Assembly (NCBI RefSeq): GCF_006345805.1
Contig: NC_042997.1
Location: 27,094,001 to 27,158,000 of the forward strand
Reading direction: 5' to 3'
DNA: 64,000 nt
From: Octopus sinensis
Taxonomy: Eukaryota
Shown here: one piece after another, positions 40,601 to 52,240 of the stretch
How the letters are laid out: every line of letters begins with the position of its first letter
How positions within the stretch are numbered: the stretch's first letter is position 1
The notes under the pieces: model-generated
The model's input: the letters and a program-made list of their open reading frames with translations, nothing else
What the model was told of the DNA's origin: nothing
Databases searched by the model: none
Made by a program: the position numbers and the translations under genes

Positions 40601-41036
40601 AAATAGATTCTATAAATAGAATCTATAAATAGAATCTATAAATAGAATCTATAAATAGAATCTATGAATAAATAAATAAATAAATAAATAAATAGTATCT
40701 ATAAATAGAATCTATAAAAAGAATCTATAAATAGAATCTATAAATAGAATCTATAAATAGTATCTATAAATAGAATCTTTAAATAGTATCAATAAATAGA
40801 ATCTATAAATAAATAAATAAATAAATAAATAAATAGAATCTATAAATAGAATCTATAAATAGAATCTATAAATAGAATCTATAAATAGAATCTATAAATA
40901 GAATCTATAATAGAATCTATAAATAAATAAATAAAAAATAAATAATAAATAGAATCTATAAATAGAATCTATAAATAGAATCTATAAATAGAATCTATAA
41001 ATAGAATCTATAAATAGAATCTATAAATAGAATCTA

Positions 41037-41067
<31 letters not shown>

Positions 41068-41701
41068 AGAGTATCTATAAATAGAATCTATAAATAGAAT
41101 CTATAAATAGAATCTATAAATAGGATCTATAAATAAATAAATAAATAGAATCTATAAAGAGAATCTATAAATAGAAGCTATAAATAGGAGCTATAAATAG
41201 AAGCTATAAAAATAGAACAGCAGCTAAAAATAGGACAAATAAACTAAAAATAGAACAGCAACTAAAATTAGGACAAATAAACTAAAAATAGAATAAATAA
41301 ACTAAAAATAGAACAGCAACTAAGAATAGGACAAATAAACTAACAATAGAACAAATAAAATAAAATTAGGACAAATAAAATAAAAATAGTAGAAATAAGC
41401 TATTTTTAGTTTATTTGTCCTATTTTTAGTTGCTGTTCTATTTTTAGTTTATTTGCCCTATTTTTAGTTTGTGTTCTATTTTTAGTTTATTTGTCGTATT
41501 TTTAGGTGCTGTTCTATTTTTAGTTTTTTTGTCCTATTTTTAGTTGCTGTTCTATTTTTAGTTGCTGTTCTATTTTTAGTTGCTGTTCTATTTTTAGTTG
41601 CTGTTCTATTTTTAGTTTATTTGTTCTATTTTTAGTTGCTGTTCTATTTTTAGTTGCTGTTCTATTTTTAGTTTATTTGTCCTATTTTTAGTTGCTGTTC
41701 T
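28634..41701. repeat. 13-kb satellite of interspersed 18-bp (TTTTTAGTTGCTGTTCTA) and 20-bp (TTTTTAGTTTATTTGTTCTA) monomers with internal inversions and 13-bp sub-arrays
   Basis: T-rich 28634-35426; 13-mer (ATAGAATCTATAA)n plus (TAAA)n 35427-36117; A-rich reverse complement 36118-37250; T-rich 37251-40539; 13-mer 40540-41209; A-rich 41210-41401; T-rich 41402-41701. Confidence 0.97.
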
Positions 41702-41712
41702 GATAGATAGAT

Positions 41713-41784
<72 letters not shown>

Positions 41785-41944
41785 GTTTCTTTATTGGCCA
41801 CATAGGGCTGCACACAGATGGGACAATTTACAAGGTAGAGCTTTTCTTTTGGTGCATGAAAAAAACAAAAACAAAAGAAAAAATAGTTGGTGTAGGTTTT
41901 CGATCAAAAGGGATCGTAAAAGGGAAAAAGAAGAACAAAAAAAT

Positions 41945-42035
<91 letters not shown>

Positions 42036-42044
42036 GGATGGATG

Positions 42045-42140
<96 letters not shown>
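41702..42140. repeat. (GATA)n microsatellite interrupted by a Tx1 3'-end fragment
   Basis: GATA runs at 41702-41783 and 41945-42140. Confidence 0.95.
41785..41943 (-). mobile_element. 3'-terminal fragment (~160 bp) of the Tx1-like LINE
   Basis: GTTTCTTTATTGGCCACATAGGGCTGCACACAGATGGGACAATTTACAAGGTAGAGCTTTTCTTTT matches 26721-26790. Flanked by (GATA)n on both sides. Confidence 0.9.
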
Positions 42141-42670
42141 CACAGACAGACAGATAGATTTGAATGTACTCGTATGTATATCTCTTCAAATCATAAACAT
42201 GAAAATCCGTTCCCACAGACATAATTGTGAATCCATTTGAACAAATAAACATGCAAGTACGATGAGGAAGTGACTTTCAACAAGCGAATGTAAAGAGATG
42301 ACACAAAACGTTCTCACCATTTCTATCTTCCGTCTGAAAAGATGTTATCTCCGTAAAATTTTATGTTAATGATAAAGAGACTGAATATGTATCATTTTTC
42401 ATTTTATCATTTCTTCACAGTGTACTTATGGTGATAAGTTAGTCAGTATTTCTGAACCTGGGAAAGAGTCTTCAACCACAGCTCAATGGACGACCAAAGC
42501 CTCGCGAGCGAATTTGGTAGTGTGTGTGTGTGTGTGTGCGTGTACGTGTGAGTGTGTGTGTGTGCTCTTTCCATTCAACCTTTGAACTATATATATATAT
42601 ATATATACAGAGAGGGAGAGAGAGAGAGAGAGAATGAGAGAGAAAGGCAAATAAATTGATAGATAGATAA

Positions 42671-43020
42671 GTTTCTTTATTGGCCACACAGGGCTGCACA
42701 CAGATGGGACAAGTTACAAGGTAGAGCTTTTCTTTTCGGGGAGAAAAAAAAAAGGTGGCGTAGGTTTTCGATCAAAAGGAATCGTAAAAGGGAAAAAAAC
42801 GAAAAGAAACAAAAAAGAAAAAAAGAAAAGGAAAAAAGAAAAAAAAGGAAAAAGGGAAAAAAAGAAAAGAAAAATGAAAAGAGAAGAAAAAAGAGGAAAA
42901 AAGGGGGAGAGGAAAAAAAACGATCAATAGGGATCGTGTATCACAGTGTCATGATGTATGGTGTAAAGGGGAAAGCAAGTAAGGTTTATCTGTGGTAAGA
43001 AAAGCCTACGAAAATCATGG
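42671..43020 (-). mobile_element. 3'-terminal fragment (~350 bp) of the Tx1-like LINE
   Basis: Matches 26721-27015, including AGAAAAGCCTACG. Preceded by GATAGATAGATAA. Confidence 0.9.
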
Positions 43021-43355
43021 GACTGCGGCTATGCTGGGGCACCGCTTTGAAGTATTTAGTCGAATATATAGACGCCAGTAATTATCTGTTCTATCGTCAC
43101 TTTTTGCCGAAGCGCTAAGTTACAGGAGCGTAAGCCAATAGCGATGTTCAAGCGGTTTTGAGGTAAATACACATACAAAGACACATACACACATAAATAT
43201 GTATACGACAGGTTTTTTTCAGTTTTCACAACGAAACCTACTGGCCAGGCTTCGATCGTGTGGAAGCTCTAGTAGATGACACTTGCACTATGTGCGATTC
43301 AGTGAAACTGAACTGGGAACCATGTGGTTGGGAAGCAAGCTTTTTACCACACAGC
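43020..43355 (-). mobile_element. Degenerate SINE family B
   Basis: GACTGCGGCTATGCTGGGGCACCGC, TTTTGCCGAAGCGCTAAGTTAC and CCATGTGGTTGGGAAGCAAGC...ACCACACAGCCA. Confidence 0.7.
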
Positions 43356-43689
43356 CAAGCCTGAGTGTGTATGTGTGTATGTGTTTGTGTATGTGTGCGC
43401 GCATACTATCGCACGTCTTTGTATTTCTACTCTACCATTGCTTGATAACCAGCCTTGATTTGCTTACGTTATTGTACTATGACAAAAGAAACCGGTAGAA
43501 TTAGTACCAGGCTTTTAAGAATGGTTAAGTACTTGCGGTGATTTGTTTCTGACTAAATGCTTCAAGGCAGTGCTCTAGCATGAGCATAATCCAATATGAC
43601 CGCAGGCTGACGAATGAAACGTATAAAAGTAAGAAATAAAAGATATATTTACGTATCTGTTTACAATTCCTCACTAAAATTTGTTTTTA

Positions 43690-44480
43690 TTCTACTCTAG
43701 GCACAAGGCTCGAAATTTTGTGGGAGAGGACCAGTCGATGAGATCGACACCAGTATGCTACTGGTACTTAATTTATCGACTCGGAAAGTATAAAAGGCAA
43801 GGTCGACCTCGGCGGAATTTGAACTCATAACGTAAAGACAGACGAAATACCTATGAGCATTTCGGCCGGCGTGCAAGCGTTTCTTATTTCTTTATTGCCC
43901 AAAAGGGGCTAAACATAGAAGAGACAAACAAGGACAGACAAACGGATTAAGTCGATTACATCGACCCCAGTGCGTAACTGGTTCTTAATTTATCGACCCC
44001 GAAAGGATGAAAGGCAAAGTCGACCTCGGCGGAATTTGAACTCATAACGTAACGACAGACGAAATACCTATTTCTTTACTACCCACAAGGGGCTAAACAC
44101 AGAGGACAAACAAGGACAGACAAACGGATTAAGTCGATTACATCGACCCCAGTGCGTAACTGGTTCTTAATTTATCGACCCCGAAAGGATGAAAGGCAAA
44201 GTCGACCTCGGCGGAATTTAAACTCAGAACGTAACGGCAGACGAAATACTTATTTCTTTACTACCCACAAGGGGCTAAACACAGAGGACAAACAAGGACA
44301 GACAAACGGATTAAGTCGATTACATCGACCCCAGTGCGTAACTGGTTCTTAATTTATCGACCCCGAAGGTATGAAAAGCAAAGTCGAACTCGGCGGAATT
44401 TGAACTCAGAATGTAACGGCAGACGAAATACCGCTAAGCATTTCGCCCAGCGTGCTAACGTTTCTGCCAGCAAGCCGCCT
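43690..44480 (-). mobile_element. SINE family C cluster: a young head-to-tail trimer (182-bp period) inserted into an older copy
   Basis: GTCGATTACATCGACCCC recurs at 43951, 44133 and 44315. Only the last unit has the full head (to ~44480). An older copy with a different tail occupies 43690-43880. Confidence 0.9.
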
Positions 44481-45440
44481 TTCTCTACAGTTTGTTTCTG
44501 TGAATTTATTGGGTGTATAAAATTTCATCGTACAGCTTAGTTGAGTGGTAACGAGTTAATGAACTGGTTATCAAATTTGAAATGAAAGTAGAATTCCAAT
44601 GATGGATTTTTCACAAATCTGACAATCTTTGAGTTCAGGTGATGAAACGAAACTTCATCACATTCTGTAATTGCATTCCATTGCATTTATTTAGGTGTCC
44701 AATCATACTAGACAGTGGATTCCAACTGAGCACCTCCAAGACCAATTACTAACAATTATGTCGTTTAATGGTCCCAATAGACTTAAATTTATATAGATGA
44801 TGATGATGGTGTTGGGGGTGGTGGCAGCGGCGGTGCCGACGACAGCGACGATATTGATGTTGAAGAGAAAGAGGATTCACACATACATAAATGTGTGGGT
44901 GTGCACGTGTGTCAGAGTATTTGTGTGCGTGTAACACGAGGTAGTGTAGCGAAGATAACTAGCGTGAATGGAAATACTATAAACCAGCGCTTGCTTAGTT
45001 GTGATACCTCTTCCGACTCTTCGTGTTCTGAGTTCAATTTCCGACTCATTCATGTTTTCATTTCATCCCTCCGAGGTCGATAAAGAGTTGGCAATCTAGC
45101 AATGGCTTCGATGTTATTATTCTTATATCCTTTTACTTGTTTCAGTCATTTGACTGCAGCCATGCTGGAGCATCGCTTTACACATTTACCCACTTTTTTT
45201 ACACTGTTACTATTTTTTCAATTTTTTATCGTTTTTTTTTCCGTCGAATTGTTTAAATTTTAATTGCATTAATTTCTATTTTAATTATTTAATTTTTTAT
45301 CTTGTATCTGTTATTTTTGTAATTTTCAGTAATTTAAATTTTTAAAATTTTTTTACCGGTCGCCCCTTTCTCCACTATTTTTCGATCTTATGTTATATTC
45401 TATTTTATTTCTGTATACACGCACCCGTGTGTGCACACAC

Positions 45441-45494
<54 letters not shown>

Positions 45495-46229
45495 TATATA
45501 TATATATATATATATACGCACAAATGCATGCACGCGCACACATATGAGTGCACATATACCTCTCACACATATACACAACACATATACACGCACACACGCT
45601 CATACATACAAGCACACACACACATACACACACACTCACACACGTACACAAAACTACATGCGCACACACACAGGAAAACACATATAACTCCAACCCTACA
45701 CACCTCACGCACACACCACACACATACACACACGTACAAACACACTCACACACACACAGGCATACAAGCTACACACAAAACACACACACACACAAAATAT
45801 ACATACACGCACACACATACGTCCACACGCGCACACATACTTCAAAATGCCAGTCAAACACCTTTCTACTGACCATTCCTCTACGCACATGTGAAGCTAC
45901 ACACAACTACACAAAGGACCACCACTCCTGTTACCACGCTGCTGAATTCTTCCTACAACATTAAGAGACAATGTTCACTCACGCATACACATATAAACAG
46001 CCGGCACCACACACATAGCACAAACACACAAATACAGACTCACATATGCTATTACTCACACACACACACACAGACTTACGCGCATGCACATGCCCACACA
46101 TACACACACATACCTTCTCTTACACTCACGTGTCTTAGAAAGAACTTTTTCTTCACCTATTCCCTTCCTGTCATTTCAAAGTGTAACCACATGTGAATAG
46201 TAGCGATTTTTTTCCTTCGTCTTCCTTTC

Positions 46230-46400
46230 CTATTGGACTTAACTCTGTTTCTGAAGAAGAGCTTTACCAGAAACGTTAAACCACCTTTCTTTACTTCCCT
46301 GAGCGCCTGCTAATACTTTACATGTACCGCGTCCACGCGTTGTTTTTTTTGTGTTTGTTCTCCGTCTTTTTGTCTTTGTTGCCGTGCACATTCACTATCT
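46230..46400 (+). mobile_element. Element with hammerhead-like motif (canonical CTGAAGA core, damaged stem II)
   Basis: GTTT-CTGAAGA-A-GAGC-TTTACCA-GAAAC-GTT-AAAC at 46247-46281, followed by TTCCCTGAGCG..CTAATAC, homologous to the other copies. Confidence 0.5.
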
Positions 46401-46643
46401 TTCTTACAAAAGAGTCTAATGCTCTTAACATAGAACTTTGGGGAGGGGGGCAGCCTGATTCAGGTGTAACTGCTCAAAATGGTCGTGACTTCTTGAACAT
46501 CACTGAGGAAAGAAAGCCACGAGTGACTCGTCTTTTTTTTTGCCTGTCCTTCTAATTGTTGTTTCTCTTGTCAGTCTTTGTATTGTCTATCTGTCCGAAT
46601 GTTTTAATGTCCTGTATTGCGTTTTTGTTCCATTTTTCTATAT

Positions 46644-46684
<41 letters not shown>

Positions 46685-46699
46685 TATATATATTATATA

Positions 46700-46730
<31 letters not shown>

Positions 46731-47489
46731 GCGGCGTACGGACACCCTTGTGCTCACTTTATAGTAGGAATGCATCTCAATTTTGTACGACTGTTACTCT
46801 ATCTTTTATTCCCTCTCCATTTTTCTTCCTTTTTCTCGTTCCCGCTTTCTCACATTTCTTGGCCCTCTCTTTCTTTAACTCCAACTATTTCCCATTCGTT
46901 TATCTGCCCTGTACCGTTCTCTTTGTCTCTGATTTTTCTAATCCTTCAATCCCGCTGCCCCCTACCCATCTCTCCTCCTTCCACATGACCAGTGTCCAGC
47001 GAGCCATGATCTTTCTTTCTTGGCCTGACGCCGACCGCCAACACCTCTTATGACCACTCCTATGTTCTTGCCCTTTGATTTCATACACGCCAGCTCAATT
47101 TGATTCGTTCTCAGTCGAAAGACACCAGTTGTTATTTCTTGTTGTTTGCATTCTTAATTGTGTACCATGTTCTCCATTTTTTTTGTTTGGTTGTTTTGTT
47201 TTTTGTCTTTGTTGCCGTACACATTCGCTAGCTTTCTTACTAAGGGATCTAATGCTCTTAGCTTAGACTTTTTGGGAGCAACCAGATTCAAGTGTAACTG
47301 CCCGATATGATCGTGGCTTCCGGAACTTTACTAAGGAGAGAAAGCAGCTACGAATGACCCGTCTTTTTTTTTTTGCCTGTCCTTCTAATTTTTGTTTCTC
47401 TTGTCCGTCTTTGCAAGGTCTATCTGTCCGAATGCTTTAATGTCTTCTATTGCGTTTTTGTTCCATTTTTATATTATATATATATATAT

Positions 47490-47525
<36 letters not shown>

Positions 47526-47560
47526 CGGCGTACGTACATCCCTGTGCTCACTCTATAGTA
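46330..47560. repeat. Diverged direct repeat (~833-bp offset), units ~46330-46790 and ~47160-47560
   Basis: TCTAATGCTCTTA at 46415 and 47248. Both units share TTGCCTGTCCTTCTAATT...GTCTATCTGTCCGAATG, (TA)n and GCGGCGTACG. Confidence 0.8.
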
Positions 47561-47599
47561 GATTTATATATATATATATATAATATATATATATATATA

Positions 47600-47752
47600 T
47601 GGGGGGGCCTCTTAGTTTCCGACTACCAAATCCACTCACTGGGTGGCTCAACGCTATTGTAGAAGACTATTGCCTGAGGTTCCACGAAGTGGGACTAATC
47701 TGGAACCTTGAGGCTGGGAAGCAAGCTTCTTACCACACAGCCACGCTGGCGC
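47600..47752 (-). mobile_element. SINE family B, 5' half, degenerate
   Basis: GTTTCCGACTACCAAATCCACTCAC...AAGCAAGCTTCTTACCACACAGCCAC. Confidence 0.7.
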
Positions 47753-49499
47753 CTATTAAATAATTTTTTGATTCAAAATTGCTATCTTGCGCCTAAATCT
47801 GAAACCATTATTGTTGAAGTTGTTGTTTCTGGTACTGTTTTTGTTTGATGCTCTGCTTTTGTTCCTGTTGTTGTATTTTTCCTGAGCGGGCGTGTACTTT
47901 TTTACACTCGTTATTGATTTATGGAAACTTATTCTTTCTAAAGCTTTTCAAAAAGTTGATAATATTTTTCGCCTGTAAGCCTGTATACAAGGCAAGTCAG
48001 ATTTAATTTATTATTGACAAAAAATAAAAGGAATTCTATTGAATTTTATTTCTTTTTATGTTCCGACATGACATAGTATGGATATTCTGTCGAGTTTGAT
48101 ATTAATGTCTGGTTTACAAGAAACTGGATCAATATTATTAAGTTTTTGTCGTTCAGTCCTGTTTGATTAGGCAAGTCATTTTTATTTAATAGTTTTTATA
48201 AAAAGCGAACTTTATAGCAATTTTTGAGAACATTTTGGTTCGACTGCTTTCATAACAGCGGTGAATAAAAGAAACAACTTTCATTAAAAGTAAAAGAAAA
48301 ATAATTGCGCAAATTTGAATCAGAAAAGCGCTAACATACATTTCTTACTACATTGCACTCATTATTTGGGAAAAGTAAGATTGCGTTTTTTGAAAATCTC
48401 TTGTATATAAACTGATTTTGCGAATTCGTTAAGTGACACAGTTATTAATATGTCTAACAAAACCACACCCTGACAAAAACAAGAAGCAGGATATCATACA
48501 TCTTTACTAAGTTTTTCTTGCGTCCACTCTCTCACTTTCTACGCCATTTCGTTGAACATGCACAAAACAGAAGACAAAATGTACAAGAGACACAATTATC
48601 TGCATACAATCGCTATCATTTTGTCCGAAGAATAATGTCAGAAGTGGGTAAAGAAAGAACTAATTGTTTTATGGCAAGTAGTGATGGTTCTCCACGCCTT
48701 TAAAGGAGCACTTAAGTTAATCTCTGGCAGAATTCTTGACAAGCCTTTTGTATAAATAGAGGAGCAAAGTTATGGAATCATCTTAACTTCGGGACTAAGG
48801 ACAAAGCTCGGACACAGCTTGAGTCTGTGTATGAAAAATGGTTCTGCTCTAATTAATACGGTCAGTATAGCATAAGAGTTATGACGAGCCGGGGCATTGC
48901 TAGTGACATATCTCTTGGCTTGTAGTGACATTTATAAAGTAGTATGATCAGGTAATAAGAGAACAAACAGTGAGAAATGATATGCGGTCAGGAAGGGCCA
49001 CCGTGAACTTGAAATTGTCTATGGCAGTGCATAGTAGAATGTTCAGTACTTCAAGAATAAGAAATAAAAGCTATTCTTAACCAGGAAAGACTGTGTGAAA
49101 TAAAAATGTGGGAATACAACAACAGTTTGCTTATATATTTGGGAAAAGACACTCTGAACAATTGCTTCGTTTTCAGTTTTCGGAAGTCCTAATCACAGGT
49201 TCTCTGCATGTCAAATGCACATATCGAGAGAGGGTCTTTAGCTGGATATAACATAAGTAACTTAACTGACATCATCCATGAAATACGATTTCTTTAGATC
49301 ATTATCTTTAGCGGAAGTTCGCATTATATATATACATACATACTCCCACACGACAGATATAAATATTGCAAAGCTTTTTTACAATGGAAAAATGCCAAAG
49401 AAATTATATATATTGAGAGTCCTCCGAAGTAGGATCAAAGTCATAAACTCATGGCTGTGCACCAGTCTTCTTAAATACGGACAAATAGCTTGAACATCT

Positions 49500-49700
49500 T
49501 CAAATTTTGGTACAAGGCCAGCAGCTTCGGAGCGGAGCTAAGTTCATTATACCGACTCCAGTGATCAACTGATACTTATTTTATAGACCCGGAATAAAAC
49601 GAAAGGCAAAGTTGAGTTCGTTGGAATATGAACTCAGAACATTAAGATAGACGAATTGCCGCTAAATGTTTCGCTCGGCGTGTTAACGATTCTGCCACGC
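49500..49700 (-). mobile_element. SINE family C, old-tail type
   Basis: GAAAGGCAAAGTTGAGTTCGTTGGAATATGAACTCAGAAC...GCTCGGCGTGTTAACGATTCTGCCA. Confidence 0.7.
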
Positions 49701-49799
49701 ACTGCCGAGCTACTGCTGTGAATATATGTTTGTATGTATATTCATAACAGTTGACGATGATCTGCATAAAAAAATATTTGAAAACGTTTGGATTTGTGT

Positions 49800-49952
49800 C
49801 TGAGTGGTAGGTAGCTTGCTTACGAACCGCTTGGTTCCGGGTTCAGTCCCACTGAGTGGCATCTTGAGCAAGAGTCTTCTACTATAGCCTCGGGCCGACC
49901 AAAGCCTTGTGAGTGGATTTAGTAGGCGGAAACTGAAAGAATCTCATCGTAT

Positions 49953-50030
<78 letters not shown>

Positions 50031-50280
50031 ATATATGAGTGTGTGTGTGTGGTGTGTGTGTGTGTGTGTGTGTGTGTAGGTGTGTCTGTGTTTGTCCCCC
50101 CAACATCGCTTGTCAACCGATGCTGGTGTGCTACCTCCCCGTAACTTAGCGGTTCGGCAAAAGAGACCGATAGAATAAGTATTATGCTTACAATGAATAA
50201 GTCCTGATGTCGATTTTCTCGACTAGAGGCGGTGCTCCAGCATAGCCACAGACAAATGATTGAAACAAGTAAAAGAGTAA
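49800..50280 (+). mobile_element. SINE family B, near full length
   Basis: Matches the family consensus from the head (GTAGCTTGCTTAC) to the tail (GAAACAAGTAAAAGAGTAA). Confidence 0.85.
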
Positions 50281-51397
50281 TAGTGTAGCAATCATCACGC
50301 AAATATGAATTTAATTCTCCGAAATATTTTTCATCAGCCGGCTAGAAATATTTTACTTCACTTTGAATGGATATATCATCACGGTCGATTAGGATTTTAC
50401 CCTTCAGGGGCCGATGAAAGAAGCACTACTCAAGTACTCTTATCGATGTACTTAAGTATATATAACCTCCCGCCAAACGTTAGATATTGTCTGGGATAGA
50501 AACCATTGTCACTGTTCGCTATATCATAATTGTACACACTTGTTTATATATTCACTAATGTCACAAATGCATCCAGATATACGTATGCACAAACACACGC
50601 GTACACAACACATACACACACACACACACACACATACCCCCTTGGCGCGCGCGCACAGACACACTCACGCACACACAACAAAAGCCCACACGAGCATATT
50701 GAACACATTTACACTAACAAAGCATAACAAAACAAATATCTATTTTTTTCTTTGTATTTATTCAACATTTTGCCAGTATGTTCCAAGCGCCGTTACCTTG
50801 GCATCGGTAGCTAAATCAATTTTTAGAATCAATCCCAATATAGATCTTTCACACAGTATTGATCATTCATCAAAATATCCTGCATTATTTCATCAATGGA
50901 TCTGTTAGAAAAAAATAAATAGAGAAACAAATAAATAAGTAACCAATGTTTTATAAAACCAACCAACAAAAAAAAATCATAACGAATAAAGAAACGTACT
51001 GTATATAGTTAACAGTAAAAATATAAAGTATCCTTCTATGTGTACGTTTGCAATTTGTTAATGTCAATAAACTATACGTGTGTAGGAAGTAAACGTCGAC
51101 CAATGTAAACACCACACCATCTAACAATTAACAAAAGCGGTGTATGTCAATATATGTATACATCTAATTTTAGTGTCCGGGAAGAGATTCAATATGATGT
51201 GAGAAATCCTTGACTATCGCTTCCGTACGTTTGATCCTGTCCGTATATTAACACTAGCACATCCCTTGCAAAATATTTGTTAATTTTAGATACTTTTTGT
51301 TATGTGAGTCTGAACCTGGAATCATTTTAAAAATACAGTATCTCTTTATACACATGTGTATATATATACATAAACAACACAGACACACACGTATATA

Positions 51398-51447
<50 letters not shown>

Positions 51448-51537
51448 AGAGAGGAAAGAGGGAGAGAGAGAGAGAGAGAGAAGCATATGCGAAAGTAGAT
51501 ATAGCTCATCCATACATCCATATATATATATTATATA

Positions 51538-51580
<43 letters not shown>

Positions 51581-51829
51581 CAGAGAGATGGAGAGAGAGA
51601 GACAGAGACGCACATGGTTCCCCGTCAGTTTACCCTCTAAGAACATATTACTTAATTATTTATTTCTCTATTTGAATATTATTTTACCTGTAATTCAATT
51701 TTTATTGCTCCTCATTTTTTTTTTTATATCAAATCCGTCTCACGCTTCCATTTGATAAAGAGACTTTATGATGTAAATGGTGAGAGCGTGCGCTCAAGTT
51801 CCGAACGTATTAGGGCCTTACATATTATA

Positions 51830-51860
51830 TTTTGTGTGTGTGCGTTGTGTGTGTGTGTGG

Positions 51861-51899
<39 letters not shown>

Positions 51900-52125
51900 T
51901 GTGCTTGTGTGTTGTGGTGTGTGTGTGCGCGCGTGCGGGTGTGTGTGTGATTGTGTGGGGGTGTGTTTGTATGTGTGTGTGTGTGTGTGGTGTGTGTGTG
52001 TGTGCGTGTGTGTTGTGTGTGTGTGTGTGCGTGTGCGGTGTTGTGTGGTGTGTGGGTGTGTGTGTTGTGTGTGGGTGCGTGTTTGTGTGTGTGGGTGGGT
52101 GTGTGTGTGGGTGTGTGTGTGTGTG

Positions 52126-52165
<40 letters not shown>

Positions 52166-52240
52166 TGTGGTGTGTGTGTGTGTGTGTGTGTGCGTGGTGT
52201 GTGTGTGTGTGTGTTGTGTGTGTGTGTGTGTGTGTGCGTG
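51830..52240. repeat. Long imperfect (GT)n microsatellite
   Basis: Direct reading; it is the source of the poly-CV/TH ORFs. Confidence 0.95.

Noticed and set aside
28634-41701. Satellite as a CRISPR array, coding repeat (IEQQLK) or telomere
   Set aside because: There are no unique spacers or cas genes; interspersed 20-mers break any frame; and there are no TTAGGG-type repeats.
44500-44720. Unique-looking segment with a 50-codon minus-strand frame (MQWNAITECDEV...)
   Set aside because: No homology or splice evidence; the length is expected by chance.
48740-48860. RGAKLWNHL motif resembling a LINE ORF2 C-terminus
   Set aside because: A single short motif with stops upstream; insufficient to call an element.
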